64,000 nt of DNA from an uncultured bacterium (lineage in GTDB: Bacteria > Desulfobacterota_D > UBA1144 > Nemesobacterales > UBA2774): contig CAVPJU010000001.1 in NCBI GenBank assembly GCA_963705505.1, forward strand, positions 224,001 to 288,000. The letters are read 5' to 3'. This document shows positions 35,364 to 44,108 of this stretch, in pieces. The notes under the pieces are model-generated. The model had not been told where the DNA came from, made no database searches, and was given only the letters and a program-made list of their open reading frames with translations. The position numbers and the translations under genes were made by a program. Numbering within the stretch: the stretch's first letter is position 1; the number at the start of each line of letters is the position of its first letter.

Positions 35364-38300
35364 ATGTTTGAGACTCTCGATTCTGAGTTAAATGCTGTCA
35401 GTAGAAATAAAAGATTATTGCTTTCTGATCATGTGTTCTCATGCGTTGTAATACCTGGTGTTGATACATCTATAGAATTCATTAATTTATGTAATACAAT
35501 AAAACAGCATCTGTACCAAACGCGAATACAAGTTAATTTTTTGCCAGAAATAGATAAGCAAGCTGGATCATACGAGCAGCTATTCGATCAATTAGTTGAT
35601 AACTGCATTTTTGTTATTGCGATGAAAGGGGACTTTGAAAAGAGTTTATCATACGAGTATGGATATTTGAGAGGCATAAGAAAGCCAATTATTGTAATAA
35701 ATACCACATATAATCCAACACCTGCCGATACAAAACATGATAGAGTCAATCATGATAATTATGAATCTACTCATAAAGAGGTCTTGAATAAATTCATCTA
35801 TTACATTGACTTAGGTTCAGAATCTCAACATGATCTTCCGGATCAATTTATAAACAAATTCGATCAAATCCTCTTAGAACTAGTGGAAGGGTCTTTAATT
35901 AACTTCGATAAGATCATTAAAGGAAACCAAGAAGTACAGTTTAATGATATCAAATATCTGATAAGTCGTATTATAGACTATTATATATTGCGGAATGGAT
36001 ACGGTTTACATGAGATCGATGAGATATTTAAATCGATTGATAAATTAGATGCAAATCAACATAAGAATCTCCCTTCGTTCGTACTAAACTGCTTACTTGC
36101 TCTATCAATTGATTTATTGAGAGCACAAAATGATAAGAATCAAGTTCATGATATAGCAGAAAAGTGCATATCTATGTGTCAAAAAATATTGGATAATGAA
36201 AAAGATTTAGCATTTAAAGCAGTTATAGAGAAAAAGTTGGCTGATTTGCTGTTAATTTCCCCAGACCCGGATAATGAGGTTGGGAATCTTGAAAGAGCTG
36301 TAGATCTTTATAAAAAATCTAAAGAGTATTTAACAATAGATGACTATCCTCATTATTTAGTTTCAATAAATAATAATCTTGGTGTGGCGTTGAATGATTT
36401 ATTCCAAATTGTAGGAGAATCAAAGTATCTGAATGAAGCGAATGATTATCTTTCTAACCTGGTGGCAGATCAAATCTCTTCAAATTCCAATTCTAATTAT
36501 GCGTTAGTTAAATATAATCTTGGTATTACCAGGTTGGGGTTTGCTTCAGTGGTTAGTGCTCAATATGATTATTATGATGCACTTGAATGCTTCAATAGCT
36601 TTCTAATGGATTCTTTTTACCTCGATAATAGTGAAGAATTTTTGGATATTGCAATCAACATTGGGTCTATATATTTTACAATTGCTCAAGAGCAAAACGA
36701 TCAACTATGTTGCGAGAGATCAATAGGAGTATTTCAAAAAGTTCTAGGTTTATGCTCTACTCAAATTCATGAAATGGAGTACGGAATTATTAACCGCAGT
36801 CTCGGTGATATTTATAGCTTTCTTGACACATTAAGACCAGATAATATTGAAACGAAGCTGAATATTATTGGATTTTATGAAGAAGCTTTAAAAATATATA
36901 CACTAGATAAATTCCCAGATGAATATTGTTGTATAAGGTTCAAATTAGCAGATGCACTAAGTACACTTAAGCGTCGACACGATTTGGAAAGTGCGTCAGA
37001 AATCTTCAATCAACTTTTGAGTACTCCAATTCTTGAGTCTTACAACTACAATTATGCTCTTATTCAAAAGAAACTTGCCATCTTATACTTAAGGTTAGCC
37101 AAAATGGATATGAGTAAGAATTATCACTCTATGGCTATAGAGAGTTACGAAGGCGCATTGTCTCAATTCTCTTCAATGAAAGACGAATACGAGATTGCAG
37201 ATCTAAAAAAGTATTTGGGAGATTTGTACATTCTCGATGCGAAGAAGAAAAGTGATTTCTCTTTATATCTAAAAGCTACAGAGGCTTATCAAGATGCACT
37301 TAGTTATTTTACAAGAGATAAGTTCCCATTGGTTTTTGCCTCACTCAAGATGAAACTCGGTGATCTAAATATAATGATCGCAGAAAATCAGAATTCTATC
37401 GATGATTATAATGATGCTATTCGTGCTTATGAGGAATCTCTCAATATTTATAATTCTTATGAATTTCAAAAAGAATCATGGGAAGTGCATAAAAAGATTA
37501 GCGATACATATATGACCTTGGGAGACATCAAATCAAATTCACAATATCCAGATGATGCGATCAATTATTATACTGAGGCTCTAAAATTTCTAACAAATCA
37601 AAGCTCACCGATTGAAAAGGGGAATGTTCTGAGAAAACTAGGTAATGAGCATGTTCAATTTTCTAGAATTGTATACCGTACTCAAAATTTAAAACATGCT
37701 CTCGAATATTATGAGAAAGCCCTAATGTATTACAATCCTGACGAGTATCCATCCGAATATGAAGAGATAAGAATTAATATGGGAATGAATTTCAGGATAT
37801 TAGCAGTTCTTGAAAAAGAGAGGGGCAACTTGAAAAATGCAATCTCATTTTATGAGAGAGCTGCTGAGTTTATTTCAATTAACAACAATCCAAATAAATA
37901 CGCTTCACTGATGGTCGCAATTGGATCCATATACAAGCAATTATCGCAGATTGAAAATGAAGTAGTTAATAGCAAAAAAGCTATCGAGTATTATATCAAT
38001 GGATTAGTTGTTTATAATCCACAAGATCATCCTCTTGAGCATGGTTCTTTACAAAAATATCTAGGGTTAGCATATATAGATATAGCCGAGAAAGAGAATT
38101 ATCTCGAAAATATAAGAAATGCATATAAAGCATTTGAAGCATCTCAAAAAATATATTCAGTCGAAGACAATCCCGAAGATTTGTTATTTGTGGAGAGTAA
38201 ATTGTCGGAACTGAGTAGAAAGATTTCAAATGGAGATAACAGCACTTCAAATCAAAATGTGCTTCAGGATGCAAGCTATGATAATTTTATGACGCTTGAT

Positions 38301-40085
38301 CCAATCAATTCTACTCTCAACAATCAAGAAATTGCTGAACAAATAATGACACTTGACCAACCGGCTGAATTTGAAGATATAGACTCCAATAGAGAGGGCT
38401 TGAAAGAAGTAAGAGTTGAAACAGACGAATTCGGTCCATTAAATTTGGAAATAGACTTTACTAATAACGAATTAAATGACGATTCAGAATCTATTGAACG
38501 TCTAGATCAGCTCATCAGCGAGACATCTCCAGTGGAATCGCCAAAGCTTCATGCATACCTAAATTATAAGATTGGCAATGCCTATCATAATATTGGCAAA
38601 TCTCACGGTTCCTCACAAAATTACAAAGAAGCAATAAGATATTATGCTCAAGCCTTAAAATATTATACATATGAGGAATACCCATATGAATATGCTTGTG
38701 TAAATGGCGAACTTGCAACTACTTATAAATATCTAGGTGACTCATCTGGCGATTTAATGAACTATGAGGTTGCAATAGAATTATACAAGGAGTCATTAGG
38801 AGTAATTAAGATTGATGAGCATCCCATTGAATTCGGGAATTATAACCTAAATATGGGACTCATTTTTAGTGAATTTAGCAGAATTCTTCAACTTAAAAAG
38901 TATCATGATAATGCGATACATGCATATAATGAAGCATTAAAGGTTTTTGAATCGAGCGAAAATCCTTCTGAGTATGGATTAATTCAGATGAAGCTAGGTT
39001 CCGTTTATAGCATGCTTGCTGATTATGAAAGTTACTCCTATAACTGTCTAAAATCTGCTGAAGCTTACAAGCAAGCACTAACCGTATACGGATTCGAGAA
39101 TTTCCCGAATGAATTTGCAGAGATTCAAAAAAAACTGGGCATCTTATATTTGGACTCTGGTTTAAATGATCTGGACAATAATAATTTCTTGTTATCTGTA
39201 AAATCATTCGAAGAAGCACTAAAACACTATAACTTAGAAAATTACCCGGCGGATTATGGATTAATAAAAATAAAAGAAGCTAAATCTTATGAATATTTAT
39301 CCAAAGCTTCCGAGGAATCATTTTATTTGAGACAAAGTATCGATGCTTATAAAGAGGCAATTAAATATTATACCCATGAGACTTATCCAGATGTATTTGC
39401 TTCGATAGCATTAAGTTTAGGCGATGTTTATCAGAATCACGGTAAACTAGAAAACACAGACATAGATCGAAGAATTGCAATTGAATACTATAAGCAGGCT
39501 CTTATGGTTTATAATTCAATTGAGTTTCCTCTAGAGTATGCAACTACAGAATATAACATAGGAATGGCATACTTAATGCTTGCAGATTCTGAGCAACTAA
39601 AAGATAATATCATTAAGGCGATAAATTCCTTCAAAGCATCATCAAAAGTCTATTCGAAAATAGGGCTATCTGATCAGTATGGAAGTTGTGAGAATAATCT
39701 TGGCATAGCGTATATGAAAATTGCAAATGAACGGGAAAGTAGTACTTATCTGTTGTTAGCTCAAGAATGTTTTGAGAAGGCGATTAAAGTCAGGACTTGT
39801 GAAAAACAGCCGCTCGAATTTGCCAATACGCAGTTTAATTTAGGGGCCTTATTCATGATACTCTATAAGAACGAGAAAAAAACAGAATATGCCGAAAGGT
39901 CTGTACAAGCTTATGAAAAGGCTCTGCAAATCTACATCGAGGATAAATTTCCGGTTGAATACAACTCAATACAAAATAATCTTTCTTGGATGAATCAAAC
40001 ACTTGCTAAAGAAAAAGATGAAAACAAGTCTTATGATAATAGCTGGGCTTACCTACGAAAGTCTACTCCGAATAATTTAAATTAA
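35364..40085 (+). CDS. Large TPR-repeat protein with N-terminal nucleoside deoxyribosyltransferase/TIR-like domain
   Basis: Many long TPR-like units (AI.YY..AL..Y....FP..YA..Q.NLG.AY) in two blocks split by an acidic linker; N-terminal CIFVIA...SYEYGYLRGIRKPIIVI. Confidence 0.75.
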   Translation: MFETLDSELNAVSRNKRLLLSDHVFSCVVIPGVDTSIEFINLCNTIKQHLYQTRIQVNFLPEIDKQAGSYEQLFDQLVDNCIFVIAMKGDFEKSLSYEYGYLRGIRKPIIVINTTYNPTPADTKHDRVNHDNYESTHKEVLNKFIYYIDLGSESQHDLPDQFINKFDQILLELVEGSLINFDKIIKGNQEVQFNDIKYLISRIIDYYILRNGYGLHEIDEIFKSIDKLDANQHKNLPSFVLNCLLALSIDLLRAQNDKNQVHDIAEKCISMCQKILDNEKDLAFKAVIEKKLADLLLISPDPDNEVGNLERAVDLYKKSKEYLTIDDYPHYLVSINNNLGVALNDLFQIVGESKYLNEANDYLSNLVADQISSNSNSNYALVKYNLGITRLGFASVVSAQYDYYDALECFNSFLMDSFYLDNSEEFLDIAINIGSIYFTIAQEQNDQLCCERSIGVFQKVLGLCSTQIHEMEYGIINRSLGDIYSFLDTLRPDNIETKLNIIGFYEEALKIYTLDKFPDEYCCIRFKLADALSTLKRRHDLESASEIFNQLLSTPILESYNYNYALIQKKLAILYLRLAKMDMSKNYHSMAIESYEGALSQFSSMKDEYEIADLKKYLGDLYILDAKKKSDFSLYLKATEAYQDALSYFTRDKFPLVFASLKMKLGDLNIMIAENQNSIDDYNDAIRAYEESLNIYNSYEFQKESWEVHKKISDTYMTLGDIKSNSQYPDDAINYYTEALKFLTNQSSPIEKGNVLRKLGNEHVQFSRIVYRTQNLKHALEYYEKALMYYNPDEYPSEYEEIRINMGMNFRILAVLEKERGNLKNAISFYERAAEFISINNNPNKYASLMVAIGSIYKQLSQIENEVVNSKKAIEYYINGLVVYNPQDHPLEHGSLQKYLGLAYIDIAEKENYLENIRNAYKAFEASQKIYSVEDNPEDLLFVESKLSELSRKISNGDNSTSNQNVLQDASYDNFMTLDPINSTLNNQEIAEQIMTLDQPAEFEDIDSNREGLKEVRVETDEFGPLNLEIDFTNNELNDDSESIERLDQLISETSPVESPKLHAYLNYKIGNAYHNIGKSHGSSQNYKEAIRYYAQALKYYTYEEYPYEYACVNGELATTYKYLGDSSGDLMNYEVAIELYKESLGVIKIDEHPIEFGNYNLNMGLIFSEFSRILQLKKYHDNAIHAYNEALKVFESSENPSEYGLIQMKLGSVYSMLADYESYSYNCLKSAEAYKQALTVYGFENFPNEFAEIQKKLGILYLDSGLNDLDNNNFLLSVKSFEEALKHYNLENYPADYGLIKIKEAKSYEYLSKASEESFYLRQSIDAYKEAIKYYTHETYPDVFASIALSLGDVYQNHGKLENTDIDRRIAIEYYKQALMVYNSIEFPLEYATTEYNIGMAYLMLADSEQLKDNIIKAINSFKASSKVYSKIGLSDQYGSCENNLGIAYMKIANERESSTYLLLAQECFEKAIKVRTCEKQPLEFANTQFNLGALFMILYKNEKKTEYAERSVQAYEKALQIYIEDKFPVEYNSIQNNLSWMNQTLAKEKDENKSYDNSWAYLRKSTPNNLN

Positions 40086-40225
40086 CTTATATAGACGTCG
40101 AGTCTCTGAATCTCGCTGATCGGTTATGTGTTTGCCGCAGTTGACTCCTATACATAAAGGAGAAGCCTCTTCAGCTTCATTGGAATTTTCAAAGGCGACA
40201 CAGGTTTTCTATGTCTTCTCTATAT

Positions 40226-40287
40226 CTACATTTGCTACACCATCTACACCAAGCACTTAAAGCATGTAGAAGATGTAGGAAATGTAG
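40226..40287. repeat. Inverted iteron-like array
   Basis: CTACA at 40226, 40235, 40244 facing TGTAG at 40265, 40274, 40283 (9-bp period on each side). Confidence 0.65.
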
Positions 40288-40371
40288 GAAAAGAGCAAGA
40301 CCGTCAAAGATATGTGGGACGAATTGTTGTGAATCAGGGGGTAGGAGAATAACATTCTAGACCGACCAGCT

Positions 40372-41580
40372 TTAATTGTTGACCCCACTGATATTTGTTT
40401 TATCGTAGGGGTGTTTCAAGTAGTTGCCGGTTTTAAGGAGATTGTAGATGGCCTCTGTAGCAACCTTATGACCGTAAGCGTTCCAGTGCATTCCCTTACG
40501 GTAGTATGTTCTTCGCCAAGTTCCTTTGAAAGCAGATGCCATGTCATAACAAGTAATGTCGAGTTTCATGCAAATCGGTTTAATTTTCTCCTGATATGGT
40601 GTGGAGTCGTATAGATGTTCAATTTCAATTTTGGAAGGGATGAAAAAAATAACTAGTTTGGCTCCCTTCATTTCGACGGCTTTATCAAGCTCTTCAAAAA
40701 TTCTAGACGTTAACTTCAAGTCTTGCTGAGCTTCAGGATATGAATCGGGATCATTCTGAGTATTGAAGTCTTCGACCACGTTTTGGTGATAATCGTAGAG
40801 TTCAGAATACTTGGTTTTTAACCGTGTATACATATCGTGTAGAAAGTATGATTTAAATAAGACCTTTTTAACGTACTCTTTCCAGTCGTTTACCGGGGTG
40901 GCGGGTCTATTGGTTTCGTTCCATGCGGGTGTTTTAGGAACAGGCACACCCGTGAGGATGATCTTGTTCCCGGCAATTTCGAATTTTGGCTTCGGTTTCT
41001 GATAAGGATTCTTGCCGTCGTACTCATATGAATTATTTTCCTCGACATCATTTTCACAAATCATCAATACTACCAGCTTGATTTGTCCCTGATATCGCCA
41101 GTTTTCAAAAGCTAATAGTTCCTGGTCATTACCATAACCGCTCATAGAAAGATTGAATATTTCATAATCTGGCAGCTTGTCCCTAAGTAGATTAATGAAC
41201 ATTTCATCGAACTCAACCTCATAACCATATGTGAAAGAATCTCCGAGGAATAGAATTGCAGGTTTGCTACTTATACCTTTATGTTCTATATCTCTGAAAC
41301 CGTAGGTGTTGTGCTCGACCAGGAAGCTGTTGTTTTCAGTAGTCATCCTGGCTTTACCGCCCGGTACTCCCTTCCAACCTAGTACGGGGTCGTATTCAGA
41401 CAAATTTCCGTGCAGCCTCATATTGATCTCGTATGCGCTGAAGTACGGGAATGGGCTGAATATGCGGTAACCAATCTCGATAACTAGGAACGTTAGTATT
41501 AATGAACATAGAAAAAGTATTATTTTCAGAGGTAAGAGGCGTTGATTCAGATCCGAGGATTGTCGGTTGTGATTTTTCAT
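40372..41580 (-). CDS. Membrane-anchored SGNH/GDSL hydrolase-family protein
   Basis: N-terminal TM (EIGYR), DPVLGW, N..GFRD, LGDSFTYG, NLSMSGYG, END, HWNAYGH. Confidence 0.85.
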   Translation of the reverse strand: MKNHNRQSSDLNQRLLPLKIILFLCSLILTFLVIEIGYRIFSPFPYFSAYEINMRLHGNLSEYDPVLGWKGVPGGKARMTTENNSFLVEHNTYGFRDIEHKGISSKPAILFLGDSFTYGYEVEFDEMFINLLRDKLPDYEIFNLSMSGYGNDQELLAFENWRYQGQIKLVVLMICENDVEENNSYEYDGKNPYQKPKPKFEIAGNKIILTGVPVPKTPAWNETNRPATPVNDWKEYVKKVLFKSYFLHDMYTRLKTKYSELYDYHQNVVEDFNTQNDPDSYPEAQQDLKLTSRIFEELDKAVEMKGAKLVIFFIPSKIEIEHLYDSTPYQEKIKPICMKLDITCYDMASAFKGTWRRTYYRKGMHWNAYGHKVATEAIYNLLKTGNYLKHPYDKTNISGVNN

Positions 41581-41870
41581 ACGAATTCTCGATGGGTAAA
41601 GATACTTAATAATGAAGAGCGCAACCAATTTCCAGAATATAAAAAAACAATTCTGAAGACATAACAGTTCAGCTATAAATCAGAATTTCAAGAATTATTA
41701 AAATATGCTTAATATTGTATTTGTATTTTAATTTGATTGTCCTAACTATCTATGTTCAATGCTCTTTTTATATCGATTTTAGAGATATAAAGCCTTATTA
41801 TTCAAGAATTTGATAGATTTGCATATACAAAGCACTTTTTTCTATATAATTATTCTTACTTATAAGAATT

Positions 41871-43082
41871 ATGAAGAAGCCACCTGCAGTAGTTATTAAG
41901 CTGGATTGCAGAACAGGATTACAAACTGCAAGAATATTATCCAGATATCAAATCCCCGTAATAGGAATTGTAGATGATCCTGCGAATTTTTGCGGTAGAA
42001 CCAATTCATGTAAGGAAATTTTAGTTACTAACACATCAGATGAAAGGCTTGTTGATACATTATTGAGTTTAGCTTTAAAAATACAAGACAAAGCCGTACT
42101 TTTTCCTATCAGCGATCAAAGTGTTCAGGTTGTATCAGATAACAGGGAGAGGCTCGGGGAATTTTATCATTTTGTAATACCTGATGGTAATATTCTCACG
42201 CTTTTCATGAACAAGACAAATTTTTACAAATATGCACAAAAGAAAAGTCTCTCGATACCCAACACTTATTTCCCTAGAACGAAAGCGGAACTTGATGAAG
42301 TAGCAGACAGAATTCAATTTCCTTGTATAGTTAAGCCAGCGATAAGAACTGGAACGGATATTTGGTTCGATCATTTTAGTAACAAGGTAATTAAAATAAA
42401 CAACCCGCAAGAATTATATGATGTATTCGATAGATGCTTGATCGCTTCCGAGAATATAATTGTTCAGGATTGGATAAAAGGAAATGACTCTAACTTGTTA
42501 TCTAGTATTTTTTACTATGATTCAAACTATAATCCCGTAATAACTTTTACTTCACGCAAACTAAGGCAGTGGCCCATAGAAAATGGTGATGCATCTTTGG
42601 CTATAGAATGCAGAAATGATGAAGTCTTGAATCAAACCACTGAAGTACTTAGCAGCGTTAAGTTTAAAGGACTAGGCTCGATAGAATTTAAAATGGACGA
42701 TTCGAGCGGTAGATATTTTATTATAGAACCGAACATTGGAAGACCCGTCACTAGAATCGGTTTGGTAGAAAAAGCAGGAGTCGAAATTCTCTATACGATG
42801 TATTGTGATGCATTGGGCCTGGCGTTGCCTTCTAAAACAAAACAGCAATTTAAAGGCATAAAATGGATTTCAATTAATAACGATATTCGAGCAGCTATGG
42901 CTTATTACAAAAATGGCGAGCTAACTATTTGGGAGTGGTTTAAATCGATTCAGGGTGTTAAGGCATTTGCGGATTTATCCGTTCGGGATCCCATGCCCTT
43001 TTTAATTGAAACATTGTATCCTTTGAAAAAATTTCTCTGGCTATTAAGGCAAAAATTAGCAAGGGCCATATTTAGAATCTAA
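41871..43082 (+). CDS. ATP-grasp carboxylate-amine ligase (D-aspartate ligase-like)
   Basis: NK..FY, FPCIVKP, IVQDWI.G, RKLRQWP, IEFKMD, IEPNIGR. Confidence 0.8.
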   Translation: MKKPPAVVIKLDCRTGLQTARILSRYQIPVIGIVDDPANFCGRTNSCKEILVTNTSDERLVDTLLSLALKIQDKAVLFPISDQSVQVVSDNRERLGEFYHFVIPDGNILTLFMNKTNFYKYAQKKSLSIPNTYFPRTKAELDEVADRIQFPCIVKPAIRTGTDIWFDHFSNKVIKINNPQELYDVFDRCLIASENIIVQDWIKGNDSNLLSSIFYYDSNYNPVITFTSRKLRQWPIENGDASLAIECRNDEVLNQTTEVLSSVKFKGLGSIEFKMDDSSGRYFIIEPNIGRPVTRIGLVEKAGVEILYTMYCDALGLALPSKTKQQFKGIKWISINNDIRAAMAYYKNGELTIWEWFKSIQGVKAFADLSVRDPMPFLIETLYPLKKFLWLLRQKLARAIFRI

Positions 43083-43448
43083 AATAAATATGTGTTAAGC
43101 TCGAATAAATATTCCACCCCACCAGAACCTGAGATATGAAAACTTATTATCTCTGTTATATCAATATTGCAACAATTCCTACACCATCTACACTGCATCA
43201 ACGTTAGTCAGAGATTGAGTTTTCATGTTTTAACAGTTTCTCAAAAGTCTTCCCGGTCTCAATATAGGTTCGTGACAATTGATTGATTACCCAAAATTGT
43301 AATTGCATTTTATGAACCTTCATGCTCACTTCGATGTCAACATCTAATATCGCTTGATCCCGCCTACTTAGAAGAATGTATGTTTTGTTTACTTAAAGTC
43401 ATACGAGTTGAAAACATACAAAATCATGTACTTTTCTATACTTTTTCA

Positions 43449-43495
43449 TTGACATTTGAGGTAGTAAGCGGTACCGTATCTAACAGTGTTAGATA
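43449..43495 (+). promoter_or_regulatory. Putative sigma70 promoter with a perfect palindrome over the start codon
   Basis: TTGACA-17 bp-TACCGT, then TATCTAACA-G-TGTTAGATA (43477-43495) spanning the GTG at 43486. Confidence 0.55.
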
Positions 43496-43776
43496 AATCA
43501 CTTTTAAAGCAAATTAAATCTCTCAATCTAAAAGAACTACGAGAGCTTCATGGCTACATCCAATCTCATCTACCTCCGTCTGTTGTCTACCAGCAAAAAC
43601 CAGTAAAATGCGGATGTAAACTATGCAAAGAAGGTGGAAAAGGTCACGGTCTTTATTGGTATGCCTACTTCACTTATCAGAATAAAACTCACTGTATTTA
43701 TGTTGGAAAAGAAAAGAGAGAAATAGATCCGTTAGAAGAGCTTGAGAAAAAGAAAACTAGACGGAGGTCTAAATAA
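43486..43776 (+). CDS. Small basic Cys/His protein (DUF6788-like), probably zinc- and DNA-binding
   Basis: KCGCKLCKEGGKGHGLYWY...K....YVGK pattern, Lys/Arg-rich tail. Confidence 0.65.
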   Translation: MLDKSLLKQIKSLNLKELRELHGYIQSHLPPSVVYQQKPVKCGCKLCKEGGKGHGLYWYAYFTYQNKTHCIYVGKEKREIDPLEELEKKKTRRRSK

Positions 43777-43865
43777 TGGGAGTCTTTAAATGGAACAATA
43801 GAGTCAAACTTTACATATTGCACTGATCTGATTATAATTTTTCATGAGAATAGACATATAGTTAG

Positions 43866-43884
43866 TTCTAACCATGTTCTAACG
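43866..43884 (+). repeat. Putative integrase arm-type site (right)
   Basis: TTCTAACCATGTTCTAACG, 17/19 identical to 33866-33884. Confidence 0.7.
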
Positions 43885-43952
43885 GATATGTAAGAATTAA
43901 GGGAAAAACCAGTGTCCTTAACGAACTTACAAGAATGCCAATTTGAGTTCTT

Positions 43953-44051
43953 TTTATTCTCAAATAACCTTGCAACAATTTCAAAATATTGTAGATTTAA
44001 ATACCTGCGGGGTGTAGCTCAGATTGGCTAGAGCGTTGCGTTCGGGACGCA
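43953..44051 (+). repeat. attR: duplicated promoter plus 5' half that rebuilds the intact tRNA
   Basis: Direct repeat of 33700-33797. Confidence 0.93.
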
Positions 44052-44085
44052 GAGGCCGCCGGTTCAAGTCCGGCCACCCCGACCA
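44008..44085 (+). tRNA. tRNA-Pro (anticodon CGG)
   Basis: CGGGGTG/CACCCCG acceptor stem, anticodon loop TT-CGG-GA, GGTTCAAGTCC T arm, encoded CCA. Confidence 0.97.
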
Positions 44086-44108
44086 TTAATTTCAAGTGCT
44101 CTCGCCTT

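Larger units (their letters stand above)
33700..44051 (+). mobile_element. Tyrosine-integrase integrative element (~10.25 kb) inserted in tRNA-Pro(CGG)
   Basis: 98/99-bp direct repeats at 33700-33797 and 43953-44051; integrase at the left end; abrupt AT-rich composition; matching arm-type repeats inside both ends. Confidence 0.92.

Noticed and set aside
43167..43177. TTGCAACAATT matching the tRNA promoter -35 region
   Set aside because: An 11-bp match in AT-rich DNA, plausibly chance
43776..43826. 16-codon ORF (MGVFKWNNRVKLYILH) overlapping the stop of the small Cys/His gene, faintly like an integrase N-terminus
   Set aside because: Too short to support without a search
33934..43952. Prophage or conjugative element
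   Set aside because: No capsid, terminase, tail, relaxase or T4SS genes; only an integrase and cargo
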